Assembly: GCA_000934665.2 (NCBI GenBank)
Contig: JYFJ02002779.1
Span: 1-51,004, forward strand
Origin: Catajapyx aquilonaris
Lineage: Eukaryota
DNA length: 51,004 bases
Direction: 5' to 3'
Shown here: positions 33,450-47,761 of the stretch, piece after piece
How the letters are laid out: the number at the start of each line of letters is the position of its first letter
Numbering within the stretch: the first letter of the stretch is position 1
The notes under the pieces: model-generated
The model's input: the letters and a program-made list of their open reading frames with translations, nothing else
What the model was told of the DNA's origin: nothing
Database searches by the model: none
Made by a program: the position numbers and the translations under genes

Positions 33450-35721
33450 AAAGTACTACCCCTATTGCTTCCGTGGACATACTTGTGCCTTAATTAATCA
33501 TTGTCTAGTTAGAGTAAGTGACTTTTTGTGTGTAGGTATAGCTCTACTTAAAGTGATGGATGTTTCAACACTGGTTTTATATGTTGCTCCTACGAAAATC
33601 ATTTTTTTATTTATTGCATTAACATTTGTACGCACTATGTAACATGGAATTCAAGTGACAAAAGGTAGTACCTGAACTTTAATGGTGGATGGGCTGTACT
33701 TTCTGAGAAGGCATATATTTTAATTCTGGCATTACAAGTGTGTGTGTGTGTAACAGTGGACCTAGTCATAATACTCCCAATTGTAAGACCAACAAAACAT
33801 ATTTTCTCCTTCCTCCTTTTGCGAAGAAGTGCTACCATTTCTTGTGCTTCTCACTACTCGGTAGGCTCAATGGTAAACAATATTTTAAAACATTATTTTG
33901 GATGATCAGAAGTGTATATTTTGTGGTGATGAGCTGTGAAAAGTGTGATAAGACATATCTGGAGTTTGCAATGTGATAATAATTAGGCCTCTCTTATAAT
34001 GTGATTAAGCCTTGTAATATTTCTGATAAAACAAATGGCAATAATTACATGATGGCCCAAAAATAACCACAAAATTAATGTTTACGTAATGCAGCATTCA
34101 TAGTGCAGATCTGAATGAAAATGAAGAACAGTTTTGTACCTCAGGAGGATGTAAATCTGCAATTGGCCTCCAAAAACAGTTTAAAAAAATTTTCATACCT
34201 TAAAAAGTGGCAGCCTTGCTGGATTTGCAGTGTTGCTGATGCGCTACCTGAAAGGATAAAAATTATTACTTGTAGAACAATCTGTCCCATGTTCTTTTGT
34301 CTAGGCATGTAGAAAATGAACCTACCTTAGAATGAAGCAATAAATGATGTCGTTAATAGAGTGGTTTCATTAAAACTATAATCTTTCTAAAACATTTCTT
34401 TATTTGCAACATATAGTACAAGTGATGCAGTAAGTACTCCAAAACGGACAGACCACTGGCACCGGTATCGCAACTCCATTAAATTCAGAATTAGTAACCA
34501 CTCAAAAAGGCAGAGCACTTACTGCTGGCTTATTTACAAACCCGACCATGATATGATGGCAAAAAGAGGATTTCAGACGCAACAATCTTGGTATGGCAAC
34601 AAAACGATGCAAACTGATTTTTTGTTACTCCTTACAAACCATTGGAATGCACTAACCTACTGGAATGACTACCCCAAACATGAACACAGTAGTTTATTCT
34701 CTTTTTTTTCTTTATTCTTAATGAAATGGAGATAAGCCAACTGCTTTTTCCTGTTCTCGTAGAGGTGAGGTATTACAATATAATATATTTTTAAACGCTG
34801 TGAGCCAAAAAGTGGACAATATTAAGCACCACTTCATTTTGAACCATTCCAACTTGCTTTTCTGAGCTCGGGGATTCCGTTTAGAAACTACAAGGCACGT
34901 AAAGCATCTAGAAACGTTTTACAAAAAGCTTACAAATGGAGGTCAAAGGAAGTATTTCAATTGTGAGCTCCGACATTTCCTTTCAGCAGCAATCTTGATT
35001 TGGAATGTCGCTTTCAAAATTCAAACATTCAGAAGAATGACAAAATGAGCAGAAAAAATACAAACAAATTTTAAAGAGACAATTTTCTTTGACCTCACCC
35101 CTACCCTTCGAGTGATCTCAAGCGCAGCTATGAGTACAAGGCAGAAAAATTCACGCTGCTCGAATCTGCAGTGAGTTATTTACAAACAACTAAGAAACCT
35201 GCTCTGGACACATCATTTCAGTCTTAACTTTTTTTCCTTTTTTTTTCAACTCACCTACTGTACAAAAAATGCCTGTTACCCAACCCCATTTTTTTTTACA
35301 ATTCCCTACCCTGAGTCTCTACAATTCAACAGGCATTTTTTTCAATACAAAATGTGCTGCACTATACAACCCATTTACAAAACTCAGGTCTCAACCTTCC
35401 ACGTGTGTGTGTTTTTTTTTTGTTGTTTCAATCAGTCGGGGGAAACTTTTTACACTATTGACAATAATCTCTTTGATTCTGCAAACTGGAAACATCTCTT
35501 AACTTAGTTGGCAATTTTCAAAGATATACTGCAAAATCACCGGGTCCTCTTTCAAATTCAGTGCAATTATCAATCACTTGCTGCACTCACTGGACACCAC
35601 AGATGTCACAAATTGCAGCTGCCAAACCAACTCTTCGGCATGTTCAGAAAAACCAAAACAAAAAAGCTTGACTAGCCACGATCAGTGGAATCCTTAGATT
35701 TTTGTCATGCCCTGATCATGT

Positions 35722-38700
35722 TCAGTCCTCTTCATCCCTGTTCTGGTGTCTGACTGACTGCAGATGACGCTGCTCTGCGTAGTAGCTCTCTTCCTGATAG
35801 CCACTGTCCCTGGAGGTATAGGTGGTGAGCATGTACACAACAGCCTCGTACGTGCTCATCATGATGGCGGTGTTGGGTATCTGCCTGATGAGCTGGGTGG
35901 TCAGCCCACGGTACAGCCCCCTGTAGCCTTCTTCCCTCAACACGGTGGACAAGGTCTGCCAGAAACCCTTGTACTTGTTCCCCTCTTCTCTGAGGCGGGT
36001 ACGAGCAACCTCTGCACACATAAAGGGCAATAATTAGGCTATGAGCAGATATGTAATGTGTTTTGTTTAATGAGATGCATCTCATAATCATTTCTTTGAT
36101 ACTAAAGGTTAAGGGCGCCAGGCCGCACCTCCAGCAAGACGCCCGCATTACCGGTACAAAGAGAACGCTGAACCTACAACTCAGCCAAACTTCACTCGTG
36201 AGTTGGAAAAATCGCGTAGGTATCCGGCGCCCTTAACACATGTAACCCATGCTAAATCACACATATTTGAGTACGAAGCCTTCAGTTTTCTCCAAGTCAC
36301 TTAAAAAATGACAGCTCATTGGGGCTTCCTACTTATCAGTCACTACTTCCTATTAGAAGTGACAAATAAAAACTTTCGCTGTGAAATTTCTCTATGGAGG
36401 GCAGTACGACATTTCAAAAACACCAATCATGTCTGCATGTCAACAAAGTAAGCAATAGTGATGGAATAGGCGACTAGAAAGAGTGCAAAACTGGTAGTGA
36501 AAGTGCAAAAATGTTTTATGTTGTTGATATTGCCTAAAGAAATACTTGCGTCCTGCTGTTTAGCAAGTGTGTGTGACACAAAATTTGCAAAACAGGTTTA
36601 ACTGCCTTAAAGACTGGGACATCAAGGAGCAACTGCCGCACTCGCTTTCCAGCAGTCACATGGCAGTCAATCAAAGGCTGACGTGATACGTGCAAATAAA
36701 AATTTGCAAATGCCCAATAATACAGAAAATGCATGAACAATGCAGTTTCATTTCTCAGTAGTAGTATGCTTTTAATTCTGTAAATGTATTATTGACACTA
36801 TTGTCGTCATTGTGAAGTCATAGGCACCTGACAGGGTCCTGCAAATGGGCTTCATCCTCACTCTGGACCATGGATATTTGACCTGCTCTGATCATAGGGC
36901 AAACTTTACTGTGCTAGTTGGTAGGAAGCCAACTTCTAACTGGTTGTATCAGTACTATAATTTCCTCAAACATAATTATGTATACGCCTGTGACATCACA
37001 AGTTTTCCAGGCAACTCATTGGACACCCTCATGATGGTTCATCATCCCATTTTTGGCCTCCCCTGTACTTCAGTTCCTTTCATCAGTGATAAAGAATGAC
37101 AACAAAATAGCTTGTGGTGACATTTAATTGCTATGAATCAGAGTCACCACAAACCCCTCAAGATAGCCAATATCTCCTTGGTCATACACACAGGGTGCTG
37201 CTCTGGCCAAGTTGATGATCCAGAGCTGGATCAGGAGAAGAGTTCATGATTACTCACACCTGGGTGATGTAAACAGAGTGAGTGTATGAAGTGATAAAAG
37301 GAGACCCAAACCATGTGCTGACTCTTAGGGAAGTTTGAATGCAAAGCAAGACTTACTCATTAAGCTATGTTTGTACATCCCTTCCCCTCTTTGGAGAATC
37401 AACTTGGACAGAGAAACACCTCAGTATACCATACAGTATAATGGAATTCATGTGCTTAATTTATCTGACAGGTTATAGTACCATTCAGTATTTAAACGAA
37501 GCTTGCTCTTATTTAAAAAAGCCAGTGGATAGCATGCAAGTTCATGCTGACCAAGTGTCTCTGTTTAGAAAAATTATACACAAGGGAGTGATCAAGTCAT
37601 ACTGACCATGAGGGTAGGCAAGTGTGGAGGCCACTGTCTTGGAGACTGCCCCGGCAAACATGAATTCAAAGAAGTCCCTGGACGACTTGTGATCCCCATT
37701 TCCATTGGTCCTCCTCGTCCTGTACTCCTGCAGCTTCGCTTTTATGGCCTCGTATATCACAAAGTGGACCACCGTCTCCGAGATGCCGTAGTATGATGCA
37801 GTGATTCCCTTGTAGAAACCAACAACACCCTGCAAATAGTAATACATTGCATTAGTAATCGATTTCATCAGCAGAACTGGAATTTTACTTTTCATTCTCT
37901 GCTGAAAGTCTTTACCCCTTGCTGGTAGATCCTCTTGACACACTGAAGGGTGGACAGTTTCTTCCCGGCATGTTCCTGGTCAAGCTGAAGCCTGGTCTTC
38001 ACAAACCAGATGGGGTTTGTCAGGGTGCACGCCACAAAGCCTGAGGAGATAAGAGAGCACATTAGGGTCCATATGCCACAGACTAAATATCGCCCAAGAA
38101 CAAAAACAGGAGTCGCATTGAGGGCAAGATAAATAAAACTATTTATTTTTGGACCACAAGAGGAAGCAGAGAATATCAAAATATATTCTTTCAACAGGCT
38201 TCCCTTTTCTCTGTGCATTACAACTCTATTCATCCTGTGTTCTGGATGTAATAAATAAGTCATAAGCCACTAGTTCTTTACTGAAATAAGATACTGACAT
38301 ATTTCTTCAGCAGTCATTTACAAAGAATTGTGAATGAGAGACAACTCATCTAATGACAAGATTTGCTCCACTGAAGATAGTGTTGGGGCAAGGTTTAGAG
38401 TGAAGTGGTTGTTAGTAATAGTTTCCAAGTGTTGATAACATCTGCTAGACCTTCTGTGGTGCAAACACTCTGAATATGTAACAGTTCGTAGAAAAATAAC
38501 ACCGCTCATTTTTACAGCACGTCAAACACCGAAATAATGCAGCAATCCTCCCGAAACTTTAAAAAAAAAATTTTCAGTATCACCTGCCTGGTGTTTTGCT
38601 CACTCTCTGAAAAATGACATGCCGCACACCTGAATTAGGACGTAAATTTACGGCTCTCTAAATCCACACACTTGCAGCATCAGTGTAACATCTGCCCTGA

Positions 38701-41700
38701 ATGATGCAACAATTTCTGAAACTCCGCTTGACATCCTATTTATTGCGCACCATGATTCAGTTCAACCCCATGAATCCCAAATGGCCCAGAATCACGCTCC
38801 AACTGCATGATAGAATCCGCACATCTCATTCTCATCCCATACATAGTTAATTGCGACCCCACCAGTACCGTCAGGTCTAATTAGTTCCACCAGTCCGCGA
38901 CCTTGCCACGATTATTCAATTGCCTCCTAACTTGAAAATCCGGACCACACCAACTCTTGTTATTTACCGTACCCAGATCTACTTTTATACCACCCCAGCT
39001 CAAGTACCTGGCCCCCAGCCAGGGTGTGCCCTATCGGTGCATACGTGACAACCTATTCTTCACGTGCATTCACAAGAAGTGCTCAGGCCAAGTCTCGCCA
39101 ATTTATCCCTCTTTGAAAATAGTTGGTGCAAGAAATAAATAGGATATTAGCCTCCAAGCAATGGGACAGCAACCCCCTTTGCTTTAAAAAGGTTGATTCA
39201 TCGTTTAAAAACAGACTGTAAATACTTAGGGGTAATTGCCCCTATTTACGCGTTAAACAGGTTTCTCGCACGTTCTTTCAAGACGGCAACTGGTGGCAAA
39301 AGGTGTGTCTCAGCAGGCCGAAAATAAATGCACCTGACGTCAATTATTATGGAAAAAAATCCAATATTACGCAACACAGCCATTAGATCGTTGACTTCCT
39401 GCCACGTTTCTGTCAGAGCTTACTTATTATTACAGCCAAAACTGTCCACCCAATCACATTCCTTAATATGTCACCGCCAAATCTGGAGACCGAAAAAAAA
39501 AATCGCACATCAGTGACCTAGCACAACGCAGATTTTCGCGAACAACGCAACTCCTGTCACTCTTCCAACTCGTACCAAACACGGCATATAAATTGAGCCG
39601 AATTGTTCAACCCAGCAACTATATTCGCCAGTTAAATAGGTGCAATTGCGCACACATGTTTTCTGCGTGACTTACATTCGCCCGCCCCAACTTCCTGATG
39701 CGAAATACGTAATGGATGTCATGGGCACCAAAATGACCTCCTTGGCCAACTGATTAGATCCAGTTCTCTCCCGACTTTCTTTGAAAATTCGCACTGCACT
39801 ATATTTAATCGACCATACCCGCGACCTATGGATTACTGGACCCTATACCGCTGTTGTTTGTTGCACATTTCTTCAACAACAATTCCGCAATGCAAATTCA
39901 GTAAATCTTCGATGCGTTACATAACCTCCCAACTATATATGCAGTGTCACTGCAAAATATTAGCCATCGGCATAAATTACGTCTTATTACCGGGATCAAG
40001 GTGACTTTTTCACGTACCGATGCTATTATTTTTAAACCCAAGTTGCATCGGAGTCCACGTTGTCCGCCGATCCGAAAAACCCTGGGCATCGTCCCAATAA
40101 GTTCGGCGGCATTTCCAAACACATAAACACACAAAGTTCCTTTAACCACCCGCATACCGGCCCCGGTCAATCACACAACAACACAGGATGTAAACATTTA
40201 ATGCGATCTAAAAAATCCAATGTACGGGTACAACAACTGTAGCGGAAATTACACATACCGCAATTTCACTGACCCCGCACGTTTTTTATTATTATTAATA
40301 TACACCTCTGATGCAGATAAAGTACGTGCGTATACAGGTCATCGGCCTGGTCCTGTGCCTATAAATATTTTTCCTTGACACATGCCGAACATGAACTTCA
40401 CAATCTTTTTGTATCATCTGCGTCACTTCAAACTCATCTCAAAATATAACGCGGCGGCCGATATCCGCATATAACACGCACAAAAAAAAAAATGTGTTTT
40501 TTATACACGGCTGGAAAATGACCCACAAGTGATGACATCGCACCTTTAATAACCTCCTGTCGGATCTCTAACGAGTTCTTAATGATGTTGACACTTTCAT
40601 GGCTGGCTTGAGACGGATGCGAAATATTCGTCCTTGAACTTTCGCAAAACCAGAATAAATTTTCCTTTCCCATTGGCTATTCCTAGAAATGTGAATCGAT
40701 TCCTCGTCGCCATTATATCAGGGCGAGATGTATCCATGTAATTAAGGAAAATATTCGCAACATGCAATGGACCACGCAAATGTCATCAGCCTGGCAAAAA
40801 TAGCTCCAGACCTGAACCTTCCCCAAGTGCGGCAATGTGCAAATGCGATTACAGCATCTCTCATGACACAGTATTTATCCAAGAACCGGTGGTAAACTAA
40901 TAAGACTTCACAGGTTTCGCTGTGCCAGAGGCTCAAAGTGTGCAATCTACTCTTTTTTTTCTGCAAACGACCTTGTCCTGCTAAAGGTCTGTCAAATGAC
41001 TGGCCTTGGGGTGCGAATAATAATTGCAGGGCTGCTTAAAATAAACTTCTAGTCTGACCACGTTTTAGGCACAAAAAGTTGCAAGGAGGTCCTGGGTTGA
41101 CGCTTGGCCTTGACGATTAGGATGGGTGCAAAAATTGCAAGTTTGAAGATGTTCTTTGCATTGATGCCGTAACGTATGTAATCCAATCGGGGATGGGCGA
41201 TAACGTATGATAAAACACCCGCTTTCCACAGTCATGCTACTTGTAGGCGCCAGAAATAAACGTACGGCTGATTACACATATATGTTGCGCCATGAAGCAT
41301 GACCACTGACAAAGAGTACGGATCTGAATGATTGTCATGATGCGACTGACCTGCCGATGCGGCTGAGAAGATGTGGACGATGGGACTGTCGGGCGTTAGC
41401 ACCGAGTTGAAGAAGGCCTTGGCTTTGGAGTAGGAACTGAAGTAGATGGCCCTCGATGGGGCCACTCCGATCAGGTTGGGACCCAGGCCCTTGAAAAGTG
41501 CAGTGGGACCTTCCTTTTCGATGATGTACCTGCATGTAACAATAGAGAGCATGAACTTAGACGATGATCGTAGACGTGGTAACACAATGTTGCTGGACAT
41601 GTGCTTTTTGTCAAAAAAACATGGGGGGATATGGGGAGGGGAAATGCAATCAAAGTTGCCCAAGGTCAATGGAATGGAGCCAATGGCTAGTGGCCAAAAT

Positions 41701-43228
41701 GCTGGCGGAAATCAGCAGCTTTTACTTTCCCCTGATTTTTACTTATGCAGCAAAACTGGATTGGTGCAGAGAACACGTGTACAAACATCCATAAATCATT
41801 TTGTCACGAAATCCCCCCAAAATAGATTTTAAGTATGCCCTGCATGAAGTTGATTTATGATCAGTACATCATGCACGTACACTTGAAACTCATGTGTACG
41901 TTCAATCATGAAGTGTTCAAAGTACATGTCACCCAAAAACACTCAGAACAAGTGACATAACCTAGGCCTCGCAGCCTTGTGCTTCATTCAAAATGCGTTT
42001 ACCATTGATAAAATGTGCAGTCACTGCTTCAGAAGGCTGCATTACACATCAAACAAAGGTTGTTAACATGCCAATCAAGGCCACACACAACAATGTTCAT
42101 AACAATCTCACAATGCGGTTCGCATATATTGAGAACGTGTAACAATTTTTTTCTAGAATAACCCCAAAGTGTCCTCAGGCAGCCTTGGGATCATCATCTA
42201 CACATTTATCTTGCCCCCGACCAGACTTCATAGGTCTCCGGGTGTCAAACACAGTAAATCCAGTTAGAACCAGATTTTCTGAATCGAATCAAACATTCCT
42301 GCTCTTTGCCACTTGACCCAAAGCACCCTTCCTTTGACTCCCAGCATTTTTATTTTTCTTTTGGAAACTGAACACGTCTTGGCTCGTACTGGATTCCAAG
42401 CTGACCCTCGGGTCAAGTTGCCATCAAGCTCATAAAAAGTTGCAATAATTGCCCTTCCCAATGCTCCACATATAAGACCTGATTAAAACTGATGCCCACC
42501 TCAAGCACTTCATGACTCCCATGTTGCTTGGACGACCACCAGGCATAGGACCCGAATCTGCAATTGTGAAAAGATGCGCCGCCTTGCAGGAACTGCACGT
42601 GCTGAACCTCAACCTCTGCTCGCGTCTCGGGCTGCCATTGGACACACCTGAGTTCCCCTCGGACAGTAGCGTCTTCCCATTAGTCTTCAGATGGTTCGTG
42701 AAGTGCGCATAAGACGACTGGAGCCTGGTCTTGACCACCTCTAACGGGCAGGTTGCAATTGCGCCTGCGGTTCCGCCGACCCTTTAAGAACAAAATATTA
42801 ATTAGTGACCCCGACTTGGTTTGATTAGGAAGGAGCCGAAGTAACTTTCTGGCTTGCTGTACAGCAAGGGGTTAGTCACTTGATACTAGTGTACGATGGA
42901 CTTGACTTCAGCGAGACTTTAACCGGACTTCCGTCTCATTGTACAACGGACTTCACCGACTTCAACTAGACTTCAGTCTTGGTGTGCAACGGGCTTTATG
43001 GACATCACGTAGACTTCAGTCTCAGTATACAATGGACTTCACGGCCTTCAGTCGGTGCCCTCTTCTGTCTCAGTGTACAACGGAATTCACCCGGACCCAC
43101 ATAAGTGACAAACCCCTCGCTGCACATGCCAATTGCACCTTAACGACATGCTCATATGCAGCCTAATAAAGTGTGTTCTCAACTCACCCTCCGGCGACCA
43201 GGTGTATGAAGGTATCCTTCTGCGACAT
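35722..43228 (-). CDS. SLC25A36: Mitochondrial pyrimidine nucleotide carrier SLC25A36/SLC25A33 (Rim2 homolog), ~379 aa
   Basis: Exons 43228-43188, 42781-42500, 41529-41351, 38040-37916, 37829-37607, 36011-35722. N-terminus [14 protein letters not shown]; carrier signatures [31 protein letters not shown]; also [17 protein letters not shown] and [10 protein letters not shown]. Confidence 0.95.
36113..36232. mobile_element. Short TTAA-flanked MITE (120 bp)
   Basis: TTAA|GGGCGCC...GGCGCCC|TTAA, GC-rich island in the last intron of SLC25A36. Confidence 0.55.
42885..43097. repeat. Degenerate ~42-bp tandem repeat in SLC25A36 intron 1
   Basis: About 5 units of gtctcagtgtacaacggacttcac...gacttca. 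Confidence 0.75.
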
Positions 43229-43479
43229 GGCTTGATCCTTCTCCTGACGACCCTTTCACATCACTGTCACGCTGCAATAGGGTCCACTCAAAGTCTTCCC
43301 CCGTCTCTCCTCCCCTGCCCTCCCTTCGCTAAAATGAGTGGGATCCGTGCCAACTATTCCCCCGCCCCGTTCCAATCGAACGCGGATCCCCCTGATAACA
43401 ACAAGCGAGCCCTTCCCCCGATTAACCAAGAGAGAGAGGCCAACCCCAGGCAGAGAAATTATTAAAGCCGACCTGTGCA

Positions 43480-43630
43480 CTACCTGCGACTATAAGTAGA
43501 GGGGTCTAGGGTTCGAACCCCTTGTGCCCTACCACCACCCACCCTCCTCCTCCCCTGCCATGAGAGTGGCACGTGAACCGGGGACGCTCATTGGCCCGGG
43601 ACTGTTCTATCCTCGACACTCATTGGCTGG
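43480..43630 (-). promoter_or_regulatory. Putative SLC25A36 promoter elements
   Basis: Two CCAAT boxes (attgg at 43590 and 43622) and a CACGTG E-box (43570-43575) in a GC-richer stretch upstream of exon 1. Confidence 0.4.
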
Positions 43631-44712
43631 TTTCCAGGTCGTGCCTTTTGTTTACGTGCGGGGTCAGATGCGAGGTTGTTTCAGGTAGATAACAACCAGT
43701 TACAAAACGACGGGGTTTTTTTAATCGGGAGTTGGTTTTAGTAGAGGTGGGTTAATGCTTAGAACGGGTTTAATGCGGGTTTAGTAACTGGCTGGTTTAG
43801 AGAGTGGGGTGCGTCCAATTTCGGATGGGCACTGCGCGTTGAAGGGTGTAGGGTGCTATTTGGACGCATGGCGCGGGGTTTAGTTGTTGCGTTTGTTGCA
43901 GATATGCTAGTTACACGAACTGTGCAGCATAATCTGGTTGAAACATAGAGTCGGGCATACAGGGTGGTGCACTTCCCAACGGTTCAAAAGTTTGTGGTTG
44001 AGTAAAACGGATTTTTGTTGGCTCAATTCACTATCTTCAAACAATGAGCAATAAGTGTTGCTAAACTGATCACACCATGTGCCCCACTATCTGTACCCGT
44101 GATCTGTGCACAATACTGTACTAGTGTACTCACAGGCAGTTAAATGGAGTTCAGTTGGTTGGTCAGTTGGCTCCTAGAGGGTAGCAGGAGTATGCCTCAG
44201 AGAAGCAAGATATGGATCGTGATAGCGGGGTAGGGTAATCAACTTAATAATAAAACGTGTAGCAATTGGCTAGTGTTATTTTAGGATTCGGTCAACTATC
44301 ATCTAATTGTTCACTTGTTGTTGTTTTTTGAGGGAGGAAAAATAGAAAGCAACAAAGGTTAACTGATGATATCTGGCTAAGAAGATAAAAGGAAGGAGAG
44401 TGGGAGGGACTGGGAGGGAGTTTTTTTTTTAAAGCCAGGATATGTAATATCTTCTTTGGTCTGTCTCCTATCCCGCGAAGATCTGTCCGGCTTCAGTGAC
44501 CCTGTACCACTAGTCAAACTAGCTATTACTCAAGCGTATAGCTCTCGGGGTCGTCGGAGCAAGCGTTCTTTTGATTGCTGCTAAGAGTGATAACTCTTCC
44601 AAAGTGACTGCTTCAAACAGCATCAAGTGAAAAAATTGCTAACAAAAACTTATGTACTTATCTTGGAGCACTATGTATAATACTGAACATCAGTTCTACA
44701 CATAAAATAGTT

Positions 44713-44713
44713 C

Positions 44714-44744
<31 letters not shown>

Positions 44745-44746
44745 GC

Positions 44747-44792
<46 letters not shown>
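44713..44792. repeat. (CAA)n microsatellite
   Basis: About 26 units with one CAG interruption. Confidence 0.95.
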
Positions 44793-46280
44793 CCATCACG
44801 ACATTTCCCTATAAGGGGTAGTCAGCGATGACGGGAACCACAAGCTAACCAAAACTATGAACTAAATTTAAAATGGTAAAAGTCAGCCTATAAACCACCC
44901 ATATAACCCCCCCCCCCCTTCCCATCTCAGAAAAATAGTTCAAAATATCATAAATGAGCTGTAGGTAATCATATGCACTGTAAGTAGCCTATACACACTG
45001 TACAGCAGTACAAGTACACACCAGATTACTAGATAATAATACTCTGTGTAAACAAAGTTGGTAGGCCTAGTATGATTCAATAATATTAAAAGTACTTTCG
45101 CCCTGACGTAATGTAAAAAATAATAATGACGTGTTAGAAATATTACCCTTGTTATTTAATATTATTCCCATTATTGGACATGATAACTTTATCGTGTTTA
45201 TAAACATTTATAATTTTGTCTGACGACAACAGCTATACTTACATACCATGTGGATAAATCAGTCTTTATAACCAAAATAATTGTCGGCAATTCCCAAAGC
45301 TTGTCAGAGATTGTAGAGCACGTGAATAATATTGAATGATCTTTGAGATCCGTCAAAGAAAGAATGACATTTTCTGTGTTATGTCATGTCGCAAACTGAT
45401 TTAAATCCGGGAAGTCTTATATAATTACTACAATGGCATGTACTGCAAAGAAACATGGATGAGACAGGTGTGATGTAAAAAAAACGGAACTGTAAGTGCT
45501 GCGGTAACTAATCTGCAGAGAGTCGTCCTTTAAAAAAAGAAAGCCTGTTATAGACAATATACCATGCATATCTTCTGGGGTGCAAAGATCAGTAAATCTC
45601 ATTACTTGTATCAAGTGGGACAAACAAGAAATTGATGTCTTTCCCCACGTCATTTTCTGCTAACAATAACTTATCGATGCAAATTATGTGTCAGAGTTTA
45701 TTTTGGAATGACGCTTATGTCGTATACTTGTATTCCACTGATCACTGATAAAGTTCAGAAAATATTCGCGAGTTCATACACATCATAAGTAAAACGCATC
45801 CTATTTTTAAACATTGATAACTGATAATTTTATTATAGAGGGTGGTGTTCTGTACAGTATCGCCCAGCAAGTCATTAGATCAAGAGCTTATGCCTTATGG
45901 GTTATGGATTTTAAAGCAATTGTAATTTTGCAGTGACGTGATCTATGTGCGTAAATCCAAAGTAATGGCCAACTCAATCTCTTTTGGAATGGAAGACACC
46001 AAGATGATGTATTCATCCCACATGCAATAAATTATTTCATCCTAACAATGTAGGGCACTGATACAAAATTATCATTCTTTACAATACAATCTTCGTGCCA
46101 AAAAAAACAGTGGCTTGGGAACAACTGGGATATGCGACAGATAGAACTGAATGCTCTGAGGCACCCGGCACATGATAAGGCATGTCCTGGTCACCTATAT
46201 TACAATGAAGAGATTGCTTCCTGTCTCACTAGCATAAGAACTGCTCAGGAGGCCACTTAAATACCGTACCGTGTCCAGAA

Positions 46281-47761
46281 ATGGAGAGTGTACTTTTTCT
46301 ATTCATGTCCGTATTGTTGGTCAGTACTTGTGTTCTTGCCCTTTAGTTGTACAGCGAGTAACAATTGGTTCGATTTTTACAGGTAGACGCCCACATTGTG
46401 CAAAATCCAAGCCATCCAGGACCATTCTCAAGGTATTGGCACAATTTTTAAGAACATGCCATCCAGAATGCAGTTAACAATACTTGTTTCAGCTCTCTCT
46501 GCAAGAATGTGGGGATCAATCGACACCCGACTAACTGCCACAAATTCGTCGTTTGCACACTAACCGGCAACAAGACGTTCGATGTGAAAGAAGGCAGCTG
46601 TCCGGAAGGAATTTACTCCGAGACTCTCCGCTCTTGTGTCCCTGAAAGTGACGTAAGTACGCATATTCTTCATTGTATAGATAACAAAACTGACTTATGA
46701 TACATCCAAACATCCAGAAACTGCAGTGCAAAGAGTGGCCTCTTGCTCTGTCCGTGAAAGCACCGCCGCAGACCACGGGAAAGGACCAGTGTGCCGAAAT
46801 TGGTATGACCTGTTCCAGCGACTGCAAGAGCATCCGGATGTGTTACCGAGGCACAGACAACCATCTGAAGGCGTACAACGTGTCCTGCGGAAACTTCTTC
46901 TGCAAAGATGGCTCCTGCAGCTACGAGTATCCGCCTCTCCTGTGCCAGACGACTGGAACCAAGAGGGACTCGAAGACGTCGTACTTCCAATGTGGGATCG
47001 AGGGAACCTTCCCGGACTACCGAGACTGCCGGATGTACCACATATGCAACAAGACACTGCACAACGTAGAGATGACCTGCCCTCCGGAGAAGATGTACAA
47101 CCCAAGATCCGAGAAGTGCGACTTGGACTACGATGAGGAAGAGTGTTTGCCCAGCATCCTCCAGAAACCATGCAGCGGAGAAAACAGCTGCGGGTTCCGT
47201 CCTTACAACCGGTTTTGCAGCCTGTTCTACTACTGCCAGCCTAGCAGGAACAACCCGTACAACATTGTACCGGTGCTGTACAAGTGCCCGAAAGGAGAAG
47301 GATTTGACCCCACCAGAGGGATATGCGACATAATTCCTCTTGGTCAAGAGTGCGCCGAGTTGTCCGTTTGTCAGAAGAAGGGTTTCGTCCAGAGACAGTC
47401 GCTGAAATGCACCAGTCGGTACGAGTTCTGCTATCCGGATATCGACAGGGCAAAGGTCTTCACTTCGCTGGAGTTGCAGTGCAACAATGGGCATATCTAC
47501 GACTCGGAGAATGAGCGATGCGCGCACATCAACAGTGTGAAGCACTGCAGGCCCAACTGCAAGGACAAGGCGCCTGGGTTCCACCGGATTCTGGGAGACT
47601 GCTCTGCGTACTATGTGTGTGTGAACAAGAGGGATCAGCCCATCTCTTATTTGTGTCCGAAGGGATTGGTGTTTAATGTGGAGATAGAGCAGTGTGATTT
47701 TGTAGAAAATGTGCCGTACTGCGTCAGGCCGCCTCACAGCTCGTCCATCACTCTCCATTAA
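46281..47761 (+). CDS. Secreted peritrophin-like multi-CBM14 protein (~430 aa, intact, divergent member)
   Basis: Exons 46281-46319, 46383-46432, 46493-46652, 46718-47761, phases 0/2/0. Signal peptide MESVLFLFMSVLLVDA. Motifs HPTNCHKFVVC, FPDYRDCRMYHIC, CPKGLVFNVEIEQCD. Confidence 0.9.

Noticed and set aside
38041..41350. Short ORFs in large introns (also 29656-32121)
   Set aside because: No recognisable motifs or supported splice pattern; regulatory content cannot be judged by eye.
43505..43525. B-box-like palindrome gggttcgaaccc
   Set aside because: No A-box, cloverleaf or SINE body around it.
44713..44792. Potential polyglutamine exon
   Set aside because: No supporting ORF or splice context; treated as a microsatellite.
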